From positions 1,344,001-1,408,000 of the forward strand of contig CBDCGL010000011.1 in assembly GCA_965216755.1 (NCBI GenBank): a stretch of 64,000 nucleotides of DNA. The letters run 5' to 3'. The position numbers and the translations under genes were made by a program. This DNA comes from Alphaproteobacteria bacterium. Its GTDB lineage: Bacteria > Pseudomonadota > Alphaproteobacteria > UBA7887. Shown piece by piece: positions 15,870 to 25,954 of the stretch. Numbering within the stretch: position 1 is the stretch's first letter; every line of letters begins with the position of its first letter. The notes beneath the pieces are model-generated. The model made no database searches. It was given only the letters and a program-made list of their open reading frames with translations, and was not told the DNA's origin.

Positions 15870-16943
15870 TCAATTGGCATCGACAAATCCGCGTTTGATG
15901 GTGTCCGTCGTCAACCCTGTTGCTTGGGCCGCGTCTGACACTTGCTGCCGTGTCTTTGGGTCCAACGGAATGCCGTTCGCCAGGCGCTCTGTTTTGGTCC
16001 GCCGCTCAACCATGCCCGGCAACAATACCTCAGCGTCATCTGACACAGGCGGTGAAGCCGTAATAAAATCAACGAAGCGATCCATATCGCCGCCCATGGC
16101 AGCCGTACCGGCCAAGCGCTCTGGATCAATCAAGATTGCCAACAGATTGTTGATTGGTCGGTCAGCGCTTGGATTGTCCGGATGGCCCGTGCCGCCGCCG
16201 ACCATGGCACCCGCAAATAATTCCACAAATATCGACAGCCCATGACCCTTGTGCCCGGCTGCGGTCGTCAGTGCACCCGGTGGATCCGTATAGAACGCTT
16301 CCGGATTTCGACTCGGTTGGCCCCGGTTGTCGATGATCGCCCCTTCAGGTAGCCGCGCGCCGCGGTTGCGGGCCACGCGGATTTTGCCTGCTGCGATGGC
16401 GCCGGTCGACATGTCGTGAATGATGGGGTCGTGATCCGGACGCGGCACACCCAGTGCAATCGGATTCACCGACAGGCGACGGTCGCTGCCGCCGTAGGGC
16501 GCAACTTGAATGCCATAGCCAGTTGTATTGACGAAATGAAGCGAGGCGAATCCCGCGACCGCGGCCTGTTCGGCCCAAGCTCCGATACGGCCCATATGGC
16601 CACTGTTGCGCACGCCAATCACTGAAACGCCATGCCGACGCGCCCGATCAATGCCGAGGTCGATCGCCTCCTTCGCGATCACTTGGCCAAATCCTTGCCG
16701 ACCATCAACAGTAACAGTGGCACCGCCGTCCGCAACAATCTCGATATGCTGATTTGCGGTCAGCTTGCCATCTTTCATCAAGCCGACATAAGGCGCGACG
16801 CGGATCACACCATGGCTGTCATGGCCCATCAGATTCGACTCGATCAAATGGAGCCCGACAAGTCCGGCCTCCTCTGAGGAGCAACCGGCACACTCGAAAA
16901 TTCGACAAACCAGATCCTGGAGGGGTTCTGCGGCAACGTTCAT
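15870..16943 (-). CDS. Ldh2/Mdh2-family oxidoreductase (malate/lactate/ureidoglycolate dehydrogenase, YbiC/HcxB-like)
   Basis: NLMGHDSHGVIR, DGRQGFGQV, RNSGHMGRIG, GHKGHGL motifs; ATG at 16943 with AAGGA RBS. Confidence 0.9.
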   Translation of the reverse strand: MNVAAEPLQDLVCRIFECAGCSSEEAGLVGLHLIESNLMGHDSHGVIRVAPYVGLMKDGKLTANQHIEIVADGGATVTVDGRQGFGQVIAKEAIDLGIDRARRHGVSVIGVRNSGHMGRIGAWAEQAAVAGFASLHFVNTTGYGIQVAPYGGSDRRLSVNPIALGVPRPDHDPIIHDMSTGAIAAGKIRVARNRGARLPEGAIIDNRGQPSRNPEAFYTDPPGALTTAAGHKGHGLSIFVELFAGAMVGGGTGHPDNPSADRPINNLLAILIDPERLAGTAAMGGDMDRFVDFITASPPVSDDAEVLLPGMVERRTKTERLANGIPLDPKTRQQVSDAAQATGLTTDTIKRGFVDAN

Positions 16944-17150
16944 GGGTAGCCATTCCTTGTCGGCATTGACATCGGCAGAATACGCGACGCCAAGACGGTA
17001 TTCGTCAAACCACTGGGCGGTCGAAGAGCCTACATGATCTGAGGCGTCGAGAGGAGGGTATCGTGGTTGAGTGATTGAGATTTCGCCGAGCGCGCGCGGC
17101 ATGTTGGAAATAGGTTCGCCCCAACCGCCCGGCTCGGCTACCATCGGCCT

Positions 17151-18293
17151 ATGATGGGTCAAGCATCGACCGGGCAATCAGTCGCGCGCTCAAGAGCGGG
17201 TTGTTTTCATACGCTGAATCCGTTGCGGCGGCGCGTTGCTTGTTGCGCTGTGATTGCGGTAAGTCTGGCGCGATCGGCTCTGGCACAAGACCCAGTCCCC
17301 GTGGAAGTCGTGGTCCCCCAACAGATCGAACGTGCGGCAACATTACGTCTCACCGGTACGTTAACAGCCGCGCGACATGCTTCCCTTTCCGCGCGGGAAG
17401 GCGGTTTGGTGACGGCCGTTATGGTCGATGCCGGCGATCGCGCGACCCACGGTGAGCCGTTGGTGCGCTTGGATGCTTCTCTGGTGGAGATCGAGCTTCG
17501 ACGCGCCGAAGCGGCCCTTGATGAAGCATTGACGCGTCTCGCCGAAGCGCAACGCCTCCGCGACGAAGCCCATGCCCTCGGCGCCAACATTCCGCAAAGC
17601 ACGCTGCGCACCCGCGAGGCACAGGTCGCCATCGAGCAAGCGGCCCTGGCGCGACTTGACGCGGAGAAACAACGCCAGGAAGAACTCGTCGCGCGCCATG
17701 AAGTTTTGGCGCCGTTTGATGGCGTCGTGAGCCGCAAACGGACCGAAGTTGGAGAATGGGTGACACCCGGCGAACCGGTTCTGGATTTCGTGGCCACCGA
17801 TCAGTTGCGGCTCGATGTGCAGGTCCCGCAGGACCACTTCGCCGGGATACTCGTCGGCGGGTCGGTACGGGTGCGGCTGGATGCTTTCCCTGAAAAGCAT
17901 TTTGTCGGATCGGTCGCAGCGAAAGTGCCGGTCGGCGATGCCTCGTCGCGAACGTTCCTGGTTCGCGTGGTCCTGGACAATCCTTCCGGCGAGATCAGTG
18001 CCGGTATGTCGGGCGAGGTCGCCTTTGACACGCAACACAGCGCCGGCGGCTTGGTTCTGCCCCGCGATACCTTGAAGAGGTATCCTGATGGAACAACAAC
18101 CGTATGGATCGTGCGCGATGCAAGTGATGGGCTGAGCGCATATGAACGCGAGATCCAAATCGGTCCGCGCATTGGCGCAACGATCGAAGTGTTGGATGGA
18201 CTGGACGCGGACGTTCGGGTCGTGGTGCGCGGGAACGAAACGCTGAGCGAGGGCGTGGCAGTGCGGATCGTCGACACGACCACGATGCGCTAG
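17151..18293 (+). CDS. RND efflux periplasmic adaptor (membrane fusion protein)
   Basis: Lipoyl-like halves (VDAGDR..GEPLVRLD; APFDGVV..VGEWV), coiled-coil hairpin, SRTFLVRV, AGMS motif. Confidence 0.9.
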   Translation: MMGQASTGQSVARSRAGCFHTLNPLRRRVACCAVIAVSLARSALAQDPVPVEVVVPQQIERAATLRLTGTLTAARHASLSAREGGLVTAVMVDAGDRATHGEPLVRLDASLVEIELRRAEAALDEALTRLAEAQRLRDEAHALGANIPQSTLRTREAQVAIEQAALARLDAEKQRQEELVARHEVLAPFDGVVSRKRTEVGEWVTPGEPVLDFVATDQLRLDVQVPQDHFAGILVGGSVRVRLDAFPEKHFVGSVAAKVPVGDASSRTFLVRVVLDNPSGEISAGMSGEVAFDTQHSAGGLVLPRDTLKRYPDGTTTVWIVRDASDGLSAYEREIQIGPRIGATIEVLDGLDADVRVVVRGNETLSEGVAVRIVDTTTMR

Positions 18294-18302
18294 CAGATTG
18301 CA

Positions 18303-21300
18303 ATGATCCGCGGGGCAATAAACCACGGAACGCAACTGGCGGTCGTCGTATTGGTTGTCTGCGTTCTGGGCTTGATCGCGGCGCTTCGTGTTCCGGTGCA
18401 GATGATTCCAGATCTGGAAGTGCGCACAATCAGTGTCCGGACCAGCTGGCCCGGGGCAACGCCCCAGGATGTTGAGAATGAGATTCTCATCGAGCAGGAA
18501 GACTACCTCCGAACCATCCCCAATGTGCAGCGCATGACGGCAACCGCCGAACGCGGCAGTGCGCGCATCGAATTGGAGTTTCCATTCGGCGTCGATATCA
18601 ATGATGCGCTGATTCGTGTCAACAACGCCCTCAGCCAAGTTTCCGACTATCCCGAGAATGTCGACGAACCGCGCGTCTTCGCGAGCGCTTTTTCGCAGAA
18701 CGCATTCATTTTTTTCCGAATCGAACCCCGGCCCGGACGCGCGGTGACTTTGGACCTGGACATGATGCGCGACTTCATCGACGACAATGTCCGCGCGCGC
18801 ATGGAACGGGTCCCCGGCGTGTCGGAAGTACGTGTCGGCAGCGGCGCCCGTCGAGAGATCCGGGTTGCGATTGACGCCGGTCGGATCGCCGCGATGGGCC
18901 TGACGCTAACCGATGTTCGCGACGCCATCCGGGCACGCAACCGCGACATTTCTGCCGGCGACATCGACAGCGGCAAACGTCGATACCTGTTACGCACGGT
19001 CGGTCGCTTTAGCGATACCAAGGATCTTGCCGATTTGATCGTCGCGCGACAAGGCGAGTCAATTGTCAGACTAAGCGACGTTGCCGCCGTGACATTGGAT
19101 CATGCCGAACTGACCAACCACACCTTTGTCAACGGCCAACGAGTGGTCATCCTATCGGTCAGGCGAGAGATCGGATCCAACGTGATCGACGTCAAAAACG
19201 CGATGATGGAGGTTACCGCAAATCTCAATCGCGACGTTCTGCACCCCATCGGCTTGCAAATTACGTTGACCAGCGACGACGTCCGCTATGTGCGGGCGTC
19301 GATCTACAACGTATGGAAGAATCTGGCGATCGGTGCCGTACTCGCCAGCGCAGTCATGTTCCTGTTTTTGCGCACGGTGCCCGCGACGATGATTGGCGTA
19401 ATGGGTATTCCCGTGTGCACGTTGGCCGCATTCATCGGTTTGCTCGCCGCAGGGCGGACCGTAAACGTTATCTCGCTGGCGGGCATCGCATTCGCGATTG
19501 GAATGACGCTCGATAACAGCATCGTCGTTTTGGAAAGCATACGCCAAGAACTGTCGCGAACTGGCGATCGCGCCGCCGCGGCGTGGGCCGGCGTGCGCCG
19601 CGTGTGGCCCGCGGTTCTTGCCGCAACGATGACCACCGTGCTGGTATTCGCACCTGTCTTGTTTGTACGCGAAGAAGCCGGCCAACTGTTTTCCGACATA
19701 GCCATCGCCATTTCAGCCGCAATTGCCGCGTCAATGCTGATGGCGATCAGTGTCGTACCTTCAGCGAGCGCGCACGTCGCTTTGGTTCGCAAGAACGCGC
19801 GTCTGGGTGACGGCTATTTGAAAGCAACCACGGTCGCCAGCGTCCGTTGGCTTGTCGCGACTTGGCCGCGGCGACTGCTTGGAATTGGCCTGCCACTGGC
19901 TGCGACAATCGTGGCAATTGTGCAGCTGACCCCGCCCGCAGCATATCTTCCGGAAGGCGAAGAAGCGAAAACGTTTTCGCGTATGATCGCGCCGCCCGGC
20001 TACAACCTCCAGGCAATGCAAGCTGTTGCCGACAAGGTGCATGAAATTGTGCTGCCGCATATTGGCGCCGATCCGGGTCCCTTCGTGCGGGGCGAAACAC
20101 CGTTTCCCCCAATTGCATGGTTCTTGATGTCAATCAGCGCGCAACGGCTGTTCGTGGTTTCCGAGACCGCCGATCCAAAAGACATCAATCAACTAATGAA
20201 CGCACTCAACGATGTCTTTCGAAGCTATCCCGGCATGCGCGCCTTTTCGTCCCGCGGTTCGATCATTAGCAGCAATGACGGCGGCACGCGCAGTGTCAAC
20301 GTAGACATCGCTGGAACCGATTTGCGAACCATCTATGACGTGGCGTTGGCCGCTTATCGCCGGGCCGAACTGGCTTTCGACGAGCCGCAAATTAACTCGG
20401 ATCCGTCTTCTCTGGTTCTTGAACAGCCGATGATTGAGTTTCGTCCCCGTTGGACACGCGCGGTTGAGCTTGGCTTCAGCCACGAGCAAATCGGTTTCGC
20501 CATCGCGGCATTGAGCGACGGTGCATATGTCGACGAAGCGATCCTCGACGGACGTCGAGTCGACATTTTCCTGTACAGCCAAGCGGGCACCGCACAATCG
20601 CTGAACAACTTGGCGGAACTTCCACTCTACACGCCCCAGGGAACGGTCGTGCCGTTGGGCGCCGTCGCCGATTTGGTCGAACGTGCCGACACCGACAGCG
20701 TGCGCCGAGTCGATGGTCAAAGGTCGGTCACGCTAAATATCATACCGTCACGCGATATCGCTTTGGAAACGGCGGTCAATATTGTCCAAGGCGATGTTAT
20801 TGATCAAATGCGCCAAGAAGGGCTGCCCGCTGGCGTGACAATGGACATCTCGGGCGCAAGCGACCAGATGCACGCCACACGGCAGGCTCTGGCCCGAAAT
20901 TTTGCGGTCGCATTATTGCTCTGCTATTTGGTTATGGTCGCGATATTCACACATTGGGCGTTGCCCTTGGTTATTCTAACGTCCGTTCCACTGGGTATTG
21001 CCGGCGGTGTCATTGGCCTTTCGCTCCTGAACCTCGTTGGTGGAGCCCTACCAAGTTTCGGACTGGCCGCCATCCATCAGCCCTTTGACATGATCACCAT
21101 GCTTGGATTTTTGATCTTGCTCGGCACGGTCGTCAACAATCCGATCTTGATCGTTGATCAGTCGCTGCGCAACGTCCGCGATGAAGGCATGGCGCCGCGC
21201 GACGCGGTTCCGGCGGCCGTACGATCGCGACTTAGGCCGATGATGATGTCGACGATTACCACGGTGTTTGGGATCTCGCCACTCGTCCTATTGCCTGGCG

Positions 21301-21506
21301 CAGGCACTGAGCTCTATCGCGGCGTCGGGGCCATCGTGCTGTTCGGATTGCTATTCGCGTCCGCCATTACGATTGTCTTCCTGCCCCCGTTGCTCGTGTC
21401 GCTCTTGGAGATCTTTCGCGGCCGTAAAGCGCATGCCGTCACGCCGCAAGTGGGACCGACACTCCACGCACTCGACGACGAGAACCAAACGGAAGCGGCC
21501 GAATAG
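18303..21506 (+). CDS. RND efflux permease (AcrB/AcrD/AcrF family)
   Basis: 1067 aa; WPGATPQDVE, NVISLAGIAFAIGMTLDNSIVV, RLRPMMMSTITTVFG motifs. Confidence 0.93.
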   Translation: MIRGAINHGTQLAVVVLVVCVLGLIAALRVPVQMIPDLEVRTISVRTSWPGATPQDVENEILIEQEDYLRTIPNVQRMTATAERGSARIELEFPFGVDINDALIRVNNALSQVSDYPENVDEPRVFASAFSQNAFIFFRIEPRPGRAVTLDLDMMRDFIDDNVRARMERVPGVSEVRVGSGARREIRVAIDAGRIAAMGLTLTDVRDAIRARNRDISAGDIDSGKRRYLLRTVGRFSDTKDLADLIVARQGESIVRLSDVAAVTLDHAELTNHTFVNGQRVVILSVRREIGSNVIDVKNAMMEVTANLNRDVLHPIGLQITLTSDDVRYVRASIYNVWKNLAIGAVLASAVMFLFLRTVPATMIGVMGIPVCTLAAFIGLLAAGRTVNVISLAGIAFAIGMTLDNSIVVLESIRQELSRTGDRAAAAWAGVRRVWPAVLAATMTTVLVFAPVLFVREEAGQLFSDIAIAISAAIAASMLMAISVVPSASAHVALVRKNARLGDGYLKATTVASVRWLVATWPRRLLGIGLPLAATIVAIVQLTPPAAYLPEGEEAKTFSRMIAPPGYNLQAMQAVADKVHEIVLPHIGADPGPFVRGETPFPPIAWFLMSISAQRLFVVSETADPKDINQLMNALNDVFRSYPGMRAFSSRGSIISSNDGGTRSVNVDIAGTDLRTIYDVALAAYRRAELAFDEPQINSDPSSLVLEQPMIEFRPRWTRAVELGFSHEQIGFAIAALSDGAYVDEAILDGRRVDIFLYSQAGTAQSLNNLAELPLYTPQGTVVPLGAVADLVERADTDSVRRVDGQRSVTLNIIPSRDIALETAVNIVQGDVIDQMRQEGLPAGVTMDISGASDQMHATRQALARNFAVALLLCYLVMVAIFTHWALPLVILTSVPLGIAGGVIGLSLLNLVGGALPSFGLAAIHQPFDMITMLGFLILLGTVVNNPILIVDQSLRNVRDEGMAPRDAVPAAVRSRLRPMMMSTITTVFGISPLVLLPGAGTELYRGVGAIVLFGLLFASAITIVFLPPLLVSLLEIFRGRKAHAVTPQVGPTLHALDDENQTEAAE

Positions 21507-21544
21507 CTGATCATACGCACGGTCGGCGACCGCTGAACCACCAC

Positions 21545-22213
21545 TTATGCCGTGCCGGCGGCCGTCGACGCTTTGCGCGCCACGATATGGTACAGATGCC
21601 AACATTTGGTCGTACCCCGCGGCGTCGTCGACGTGGTCTCCTCTTCCTCGAATTTTTCGACCTGCAATTCGGCCAGAATGCGGTCCAGTTCCGTGCGGCT
21701 GAAGAATGTGATAGTCGGGTCGCCCACCCAACCATCGCGTTCGCCAAACAGCTGACCGGAAAAACGCCCATTGACCCGAAGTGAAGTGATCAAGCGCGAC
21801 CACATAGAGCGAAAGGCGACCGGTGGGCACAACGGCAACGCAAAGCTGGAGTTGATCAGGTTCGCACGTGGCCACGTCGCGCTTTCAAATCGCGCGACTT
21901 TGGTCTGTAGACTCGGGTTCGTCGGCAGATCCGGCCTAGCCAGCAAGGACTCGATCGCCGTGGCTTGCGCATCTATGGCGAGAACCGACCATCCGCGCCG
22001 CAACAGTTCGACCGTGTCGCGCCCCCCGCCGCACCCGAGGTCGACCGCGAAGCGCCGCCCGTCGGACGTAGGCTCGGCATCGAACCGATCGAGCGCAAAC
22101 AAAAGCGTGTCACGCGGCGGCCGCTCGCCCGTGTTTACGTAATACTGCCGCCACTTTTCGGCGCGTTCACGTGTGGTCACGTGAAAAGCCGGCGTTCTAC
22201 GATCGCGTCCCAA
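21545..22213 (-). CDS. Class I SAM-dependent methyltransferase (TehB-like)
   Basis: AVDLGCGGGRD motif I, GWSVLAID; C-terminal WHLYHIVARK. Confidence 0.8.
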   Translation of the reverse strand: MGRDRRTPAFHVTTRERAEKWRQYYVNTGERPPRDTLLFALDRFDAEPTSDGRRFAVDLGCGGGRDTVELLRRGWSVLAIDAQATAIESLLARPDLPTNPSLQTKVARFESATWPRANLINSSFALPLCPPVAFRSMWSRLITSLRVNGRFSGQLFGERDGWVGDPTITFFSRTELDRILAELQVEKFEEEETTSTTPRGTTKCWHLYHIVARKASTAAGTA

Positions 22214-22234
22214 AGTAGCAACCGCGTCGATGCA

Positions 22235-23059
22235 TCAATACACATGCCCAAATCGGCGCATGGCGCGCCGTGTTTGTTGTTTCGCGTATTGCACCACCCC
22301 AACTTGCTCATGGGTCGGCGATCCCCGAAACACATCGAGATGGTCGACGCTATTGATGACAGCCGGATTGTCGGCCGCGTGGCGGATATCCCACGCCGGG
22401 ATTCTGTTGTTGCCGGTAAGCATCACGCAAGACCATTGGCCATCGGTCAAGAGCGGTTGCAATGAGATCATGACAGCGTGTTTCGAAGGAACTTTGTGAC
22501 GCAACTTCTGTGATGCCGACGCAAACAGCGTGGCAACAATATCTTTTTCGTAGGGATTGACGAGAAAGATCGACTCACCCGAACCGCTGGCGTTATGCCA
22601 TCGGCAGCCGGACCGCGTGAGACAAAACCGGCTCACCGTCTGCATCTGCTCGATAATTATCGGCCGCGCAAATTTCGCGTCGGGAATAACCGTCACGGTA
22701 CCGTAACCGGGAACGCGCATGATACCGTAGCCAACCGGAAGGTCGATCCGCCGAAAAATCGCCTCTCCGGCCGACAAAGCAATTTCTACAAATCCCGTGG
22801 CGCCAAGCCGATACTGCGACCAATCAGTGTCGATGTCCGATTGGCCACCGCGTACTGAAATCGCCTTTTTGCCGCCATCCGCGTGCTTGCCATCGCGAAA
22901 GACATTGGTTTCGACCAGCAACTCGCCGGTAAATGGCTCCTTTGTCCGGCTATCCAATATTTTTTGTACGTTTAGACCAATCGTTATCGTTCCCTCCGAA
23001 ACCGGAAACAGAGGAAACAACAACGGCGTGAGATAGGGAAACAACAATGGCTCAGACAT
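22235..23059 (-). CDS. Hypothetical protein, probable distant paralog of the adjacent BFD-domain protein
   Basis: 274-aa ORF with GAGG RBS; IFLVNP..HKVPSKHAVMISL..NSVDH resembles the neighbour's C-terminus. Confidence 0.6.
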   Translation of the reverse strand: MSEPLLFPYLTPLLFPLFPVSEGTITIGLNVQKILDSRTKEPFTGELLVETNVFRDGKHADGGKKAISVRGGQSDIDTDWSQYRLGATGFVEIALSAGEAIFRRIDLPVGYGIMRVPGYGTVTVIPDAKFARPIIIEQMQTVSRFCLTRSGCRWHNASGSGESIFLVNPYEKDIVATLFASASQKLRHKVPSKHAVMISLQPLLTDGQWSCVMLTGNNRIPAWDIRHAADNPAVINSVDHLDVFRGSPTHEQVGVVQYAKQQTRRAMRRFGHVY

Positions 23060-23076
23060 AGCCGGCCCTCAAACCG

Positions 23077-23994
23077 CTAGTTCGGAAAATGGTCTACACT
23101 CCATGACCCATCGCGATGTTCGTTGATGATATGTTTGCGTGTAGGCCGCGCACTTCGCACTGTAACAAAAACAGGTTCGTCCTTCGGCGCTTCGGGAAAG
23201 AGTATATCCAAGTCTTCGATCGCGGCGCCGCGCGGCGGCAGATCTTGATGCACGGTGCGCTGAAAGCCGCCGGCGGCGGACGACACCTCGATCTCCAATC
23301 CCGTGCGCCGTTCCACCGCATTGATGATCGAAACGCGCGTCGCCAACCTTTCACCATCGCCGGCCGTCACCACCGAATAGCGGTACCTGTCACGCGTCGC
23401 CATGGCATGAGGTTGCGTGTGGTACGATGCAGTCCAGCCCTTCCCTGACAGCGCAATCTGCGGTCGTAATGTTCCAAAAAAGCCTTCGTCGAGGGCATGG
23501 AGTGCAATCAAGAACCAACCTCGATCGATACCCGGCACAAGCTTGTTAAGATCGATCGTGCAATCCGTGTTGGAGTCAATACGACCTGCTTGTCGACTGA
23601 CAAGCTGACCGGACTCTGCGAACACGAGAACATTGTAGTTGAAATCGATCAATGCAAATTCGTCGTCATACATTTGGCCAAAGTTAGACAAGTGCAGCGT
23701 CGTTTTCACGTTGTCGTCACACACAAAAAAACCTGAATCGGCAAAGTCAGAAATGAGAAGTTGGCCAAATCGCCGACGCGCCCGTTCCTTGGGCCCGATC
23801 ATTACCTTGGCGTGGCCTTGGTGAATCGATTCCATGACAATGTCGAGATCGAACAAACACGCCGTGCATTTGGTGCCTATGGCGGTGTCCCGCACAAGGT
23901 CCTCATACGTGGCGCCTGGCTTGGCAAAGTGGGCACGAATGTCCGTTTCAGTCACGTTGAAGCAATAGCAAAGCGGCTTCGTATCGGTCATCAA
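23077..23994 (-). CDS. BFD-like [2Fe-2S]-binding domain protein with uncharacterised C-terminal domain
   Basis: N-terminal LCYCFNVT...IGTKCTAC BFD signature. Confidence 0.75.
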   Translation of the reverse strand: MMTDTKPLCYCFNVTETDIRAHFAKPGATYEDLVRDTAIGTKCTACLFDLDIVMESIHQGHAKVMIGPKERARRRFGQLLISDFADSGFFVCDDNVKTTLHLSNFGQMYDDEFALIDFNYNVLVFAESGQLVSRQAGRIDSNTDCTIDLNKLVPGIDRGWFLIALHALDEGFFGTLRPQIALSGKGWTASYHTQPHAMATRDRYRYSVVTAGDGERLATRVSIINAVERRTGLEIEVSSAAGGFQRTVHQDLPPRGAAIEDLDILFPEAPKDEPVFVTVRSARPTRKHIINEHRDGSWSVDHFPN

Positions 23995-24776
23995 TTCACC
24001 CGTTTTTCTTCCACACGCATGGCTTTGATCATATCGTTGTGGGCGGCTCGAGATTCCGTGCTCAGGTCATCTTGCCAATCGGTAAGTCGCACATATGACA
24101 AACCAGCATTCGTGCACATCGATTGCATCAAACCTGATGGATATTGGTAGTCCTTGACATTCGATCGCGCAACGCGCGTACCGTCGGCCTTGGCGAAATT
24201 GAACAGAAACAATCCGCTGGGACGCAACACCCGACGAACCGCCTTCATGAAGATCTCTGTTTCGCGCTGCGGCATGTGAGTCAAGACCGATTGCGCCCAA
24301 ACCATATCAACGCTCTGGTCATCCAGATAGGGCAGCGCATTATCGAATGCGACAATCCACGTCGGTTGTTTGACATCCAAACGCTCCCGTGTGGTCCAAT
24401 CGCGGGCTAACCGAATACGTTCCTTTGAAATTTCCACACCGATGTAGCGGCCGGGTCCCAAAAACTTGATGAGCGGAATGCCCGTTCGACCGAAGCCACA
24501 GCCAAAGTCAAGAATTGTGAGATCGGGCTTCAAGCCATGTCGGCACAGATAATCCACGTGATAGGTGCCACGCGAAAGATCGTAAAGGCCCTTGTCTTCT
24601 CGTGCGGCCTGAACTTTCGCGCTGCGCTGGAGAATCGACGCGATGCTGTTGCGCTTCTCTTGCCGGTCGAGCATCCAACCATAAAAATGATTCCACTCCC
24701 TGCCGACATAGTGGAAGGCCACTTCCACCAACGGCAGCGACTTCCACAACAGCCCCCCTTGGCCGCGCAGCTTCAT
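23991..24776 (-). CDS. Class I SAM-dependent methyltransferase
   Basis: ILDFGCGFGR, YIGVEIS, DMVWAQSVLTHM, RRVLRPSG. Confidence 0.9.
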   Translation of the reverse strand: MKLRGQGGLLWKSLPLVEVAFHYVGREWNHFYGWMLDRQEKRNSIASILQRSAKVQAAREDKGLYDLSRGTYHVDYLCRHGLKPDLTILDFGCGFGRTGIPLIKFLGPGRYIGVEISKERIRLARDWTTRERLDVKQPTWIVAFDNALPYLDDQSVDMVWAQSVLTHMPQRETEIFMKAVRRVLRPSGLFLFNFAKADGTRVARSNVKDYQYPSGLMQSMCTNAGLSYVRLTDWQDDLSTESRAAHNDMIKAMRVEEKRVN

Positions 24777-24866
24777 GGATTCCCACCGTGCTCTCAGAAT
24801 GGCCGCCGCAGCAGCGCGACGTAATCTCTCAATCGTCCCGCGATCATAGGGCGCCCGCCTTGGACG

Positions 24867-25952
24867 TCAACCACGCGACGGCTCCTGGTCGTATCGTTCG
24901 GGAAATACGATCTTCATTTCAGTATGATAGGGGTCGGTACGGTAGCCTTCGCTGCCCTGGCCTGTTTGCAACCATTTCTCAAAACGCTTGCGGATGAACG
25001 GATCTTCAAGAAAGCCGTACATCGCATCCCAATCTGCCTTAGATGGAAAATGATTATCAGCCTCATATCCGTATCGGGCAAGATGCGGTTGGGTGACCAG
25101 CTCGACGAACATTGTCTCAGCGGGCGTCATCACATCGCGCCAGCGCTGCGTGGCCGGCGCAAATCCGACCATCGCGCCACCAAACGACGTATTATCGTGC
25201 CACGTCTCGCCAATCGTTACGCCATAGCTGTCCGGATCGAGCATACGATCTGAATAGTCGATGTTCAGGAACGCGCAGATCCGATCGACCGCGGCCCGTG
25301 GATTCGCGGCGACATCCTCGGCGCGGAGCATCATCACGCGCTCCGGTCCGAGCAATGCCTGATACCGGTCAATCGAGTCGATGGCGTGCACCGTGTTGAA
25401 AGCGGCATCCAAATACGTGTATCCCGGCTCGTTGGTCATCATTTTGTAGGATGCGGTAACACTGCGCGGGTCACGCAAGACGTGGATCACTTTGCCGTGG
25501 GGAAACATGGCCAGGAATTCGGGAATGCGGCTCCACATCAACGCGATCTTCTCGATCCATGATGTGCCGCTGGCACCATGGGCCGCCAGCAGGTGCGCCA
25601 TGATGCTGTCGTACAGGACCGCATATGAAACGCCGCGCGACTCGGCGTCGCCCAAGACAGCATCGACATCGAATCGCATTCGCCACCGGGCTTCGACCCG
25701 CCGATGAGTTTCGCGGACGAGCCGCACATAGTTTTCTTTGACCGTGATCGGGTCATACCGACCAATGCAAAATCGCAAATATTTGACTACCGACGACGTC
25801 GCGGTATAGGTCGGATGGCAGCCGATCACGCCGGCCAGAAACGTCGAATTTGATCGGTACAAGCTGGAAAGAAACAGCGGCCGCACCTCTTCGACCGTTC
25901 CGAGGTAATCACGCAGGTCGTCCAGACTTGCGCCAGCGTCATCGCGACCCAC
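24867..25952 (-). CDS. Sulfotransferase family protein
   Basis: PLFLSSLYRSNSTFL (degenerate 5'-PSB loop), WIEK, KVIHVLRDPRSVTAS (3'-PB), RAEDV..NP...RICAFL. Confidence 0.85.
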   Translation of the reverse strand: MGRDDAGASLDDLRDYLGTVEEVRPLFLSSLYRSNSTFLAGVIGCHPTYTATSSVVKYLRFCIGRYDPITVKENYVRLVRETHRRVEARWRMRFDVDAVLGDAESRGVSYAVLYDSIMAHLLAAHGASGTSWIEKIALMWSRIPEFLAMFPHGKVIHVLRDPRSVTASYKMMTNEPGYTYLDAAFNTVHAIDSIDRYQALLGPERVMMLRAEDVAANPRAAVDRICAFLNIDYSDRMLDPDSYGVTIGETWHDNTSFGGAMVGFAPATQRWRDVMTPAETMFVELVTQPHLARYGYEADNHFPSKADWDAMYGFLEDPFIRKRFEKWLQTGQGSEGYRTDPYHTEMKIVFPERYDQEPSRG

Positions 25953-25954
25953 GG

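Noticed and set aside
21545-22213. TehB-like methyltransferase as part of a Se/Te module with the molybdoenzyme
   Set aside because: It lies 6 kb away beyond unrelated genes, and the family assignment is too generic.
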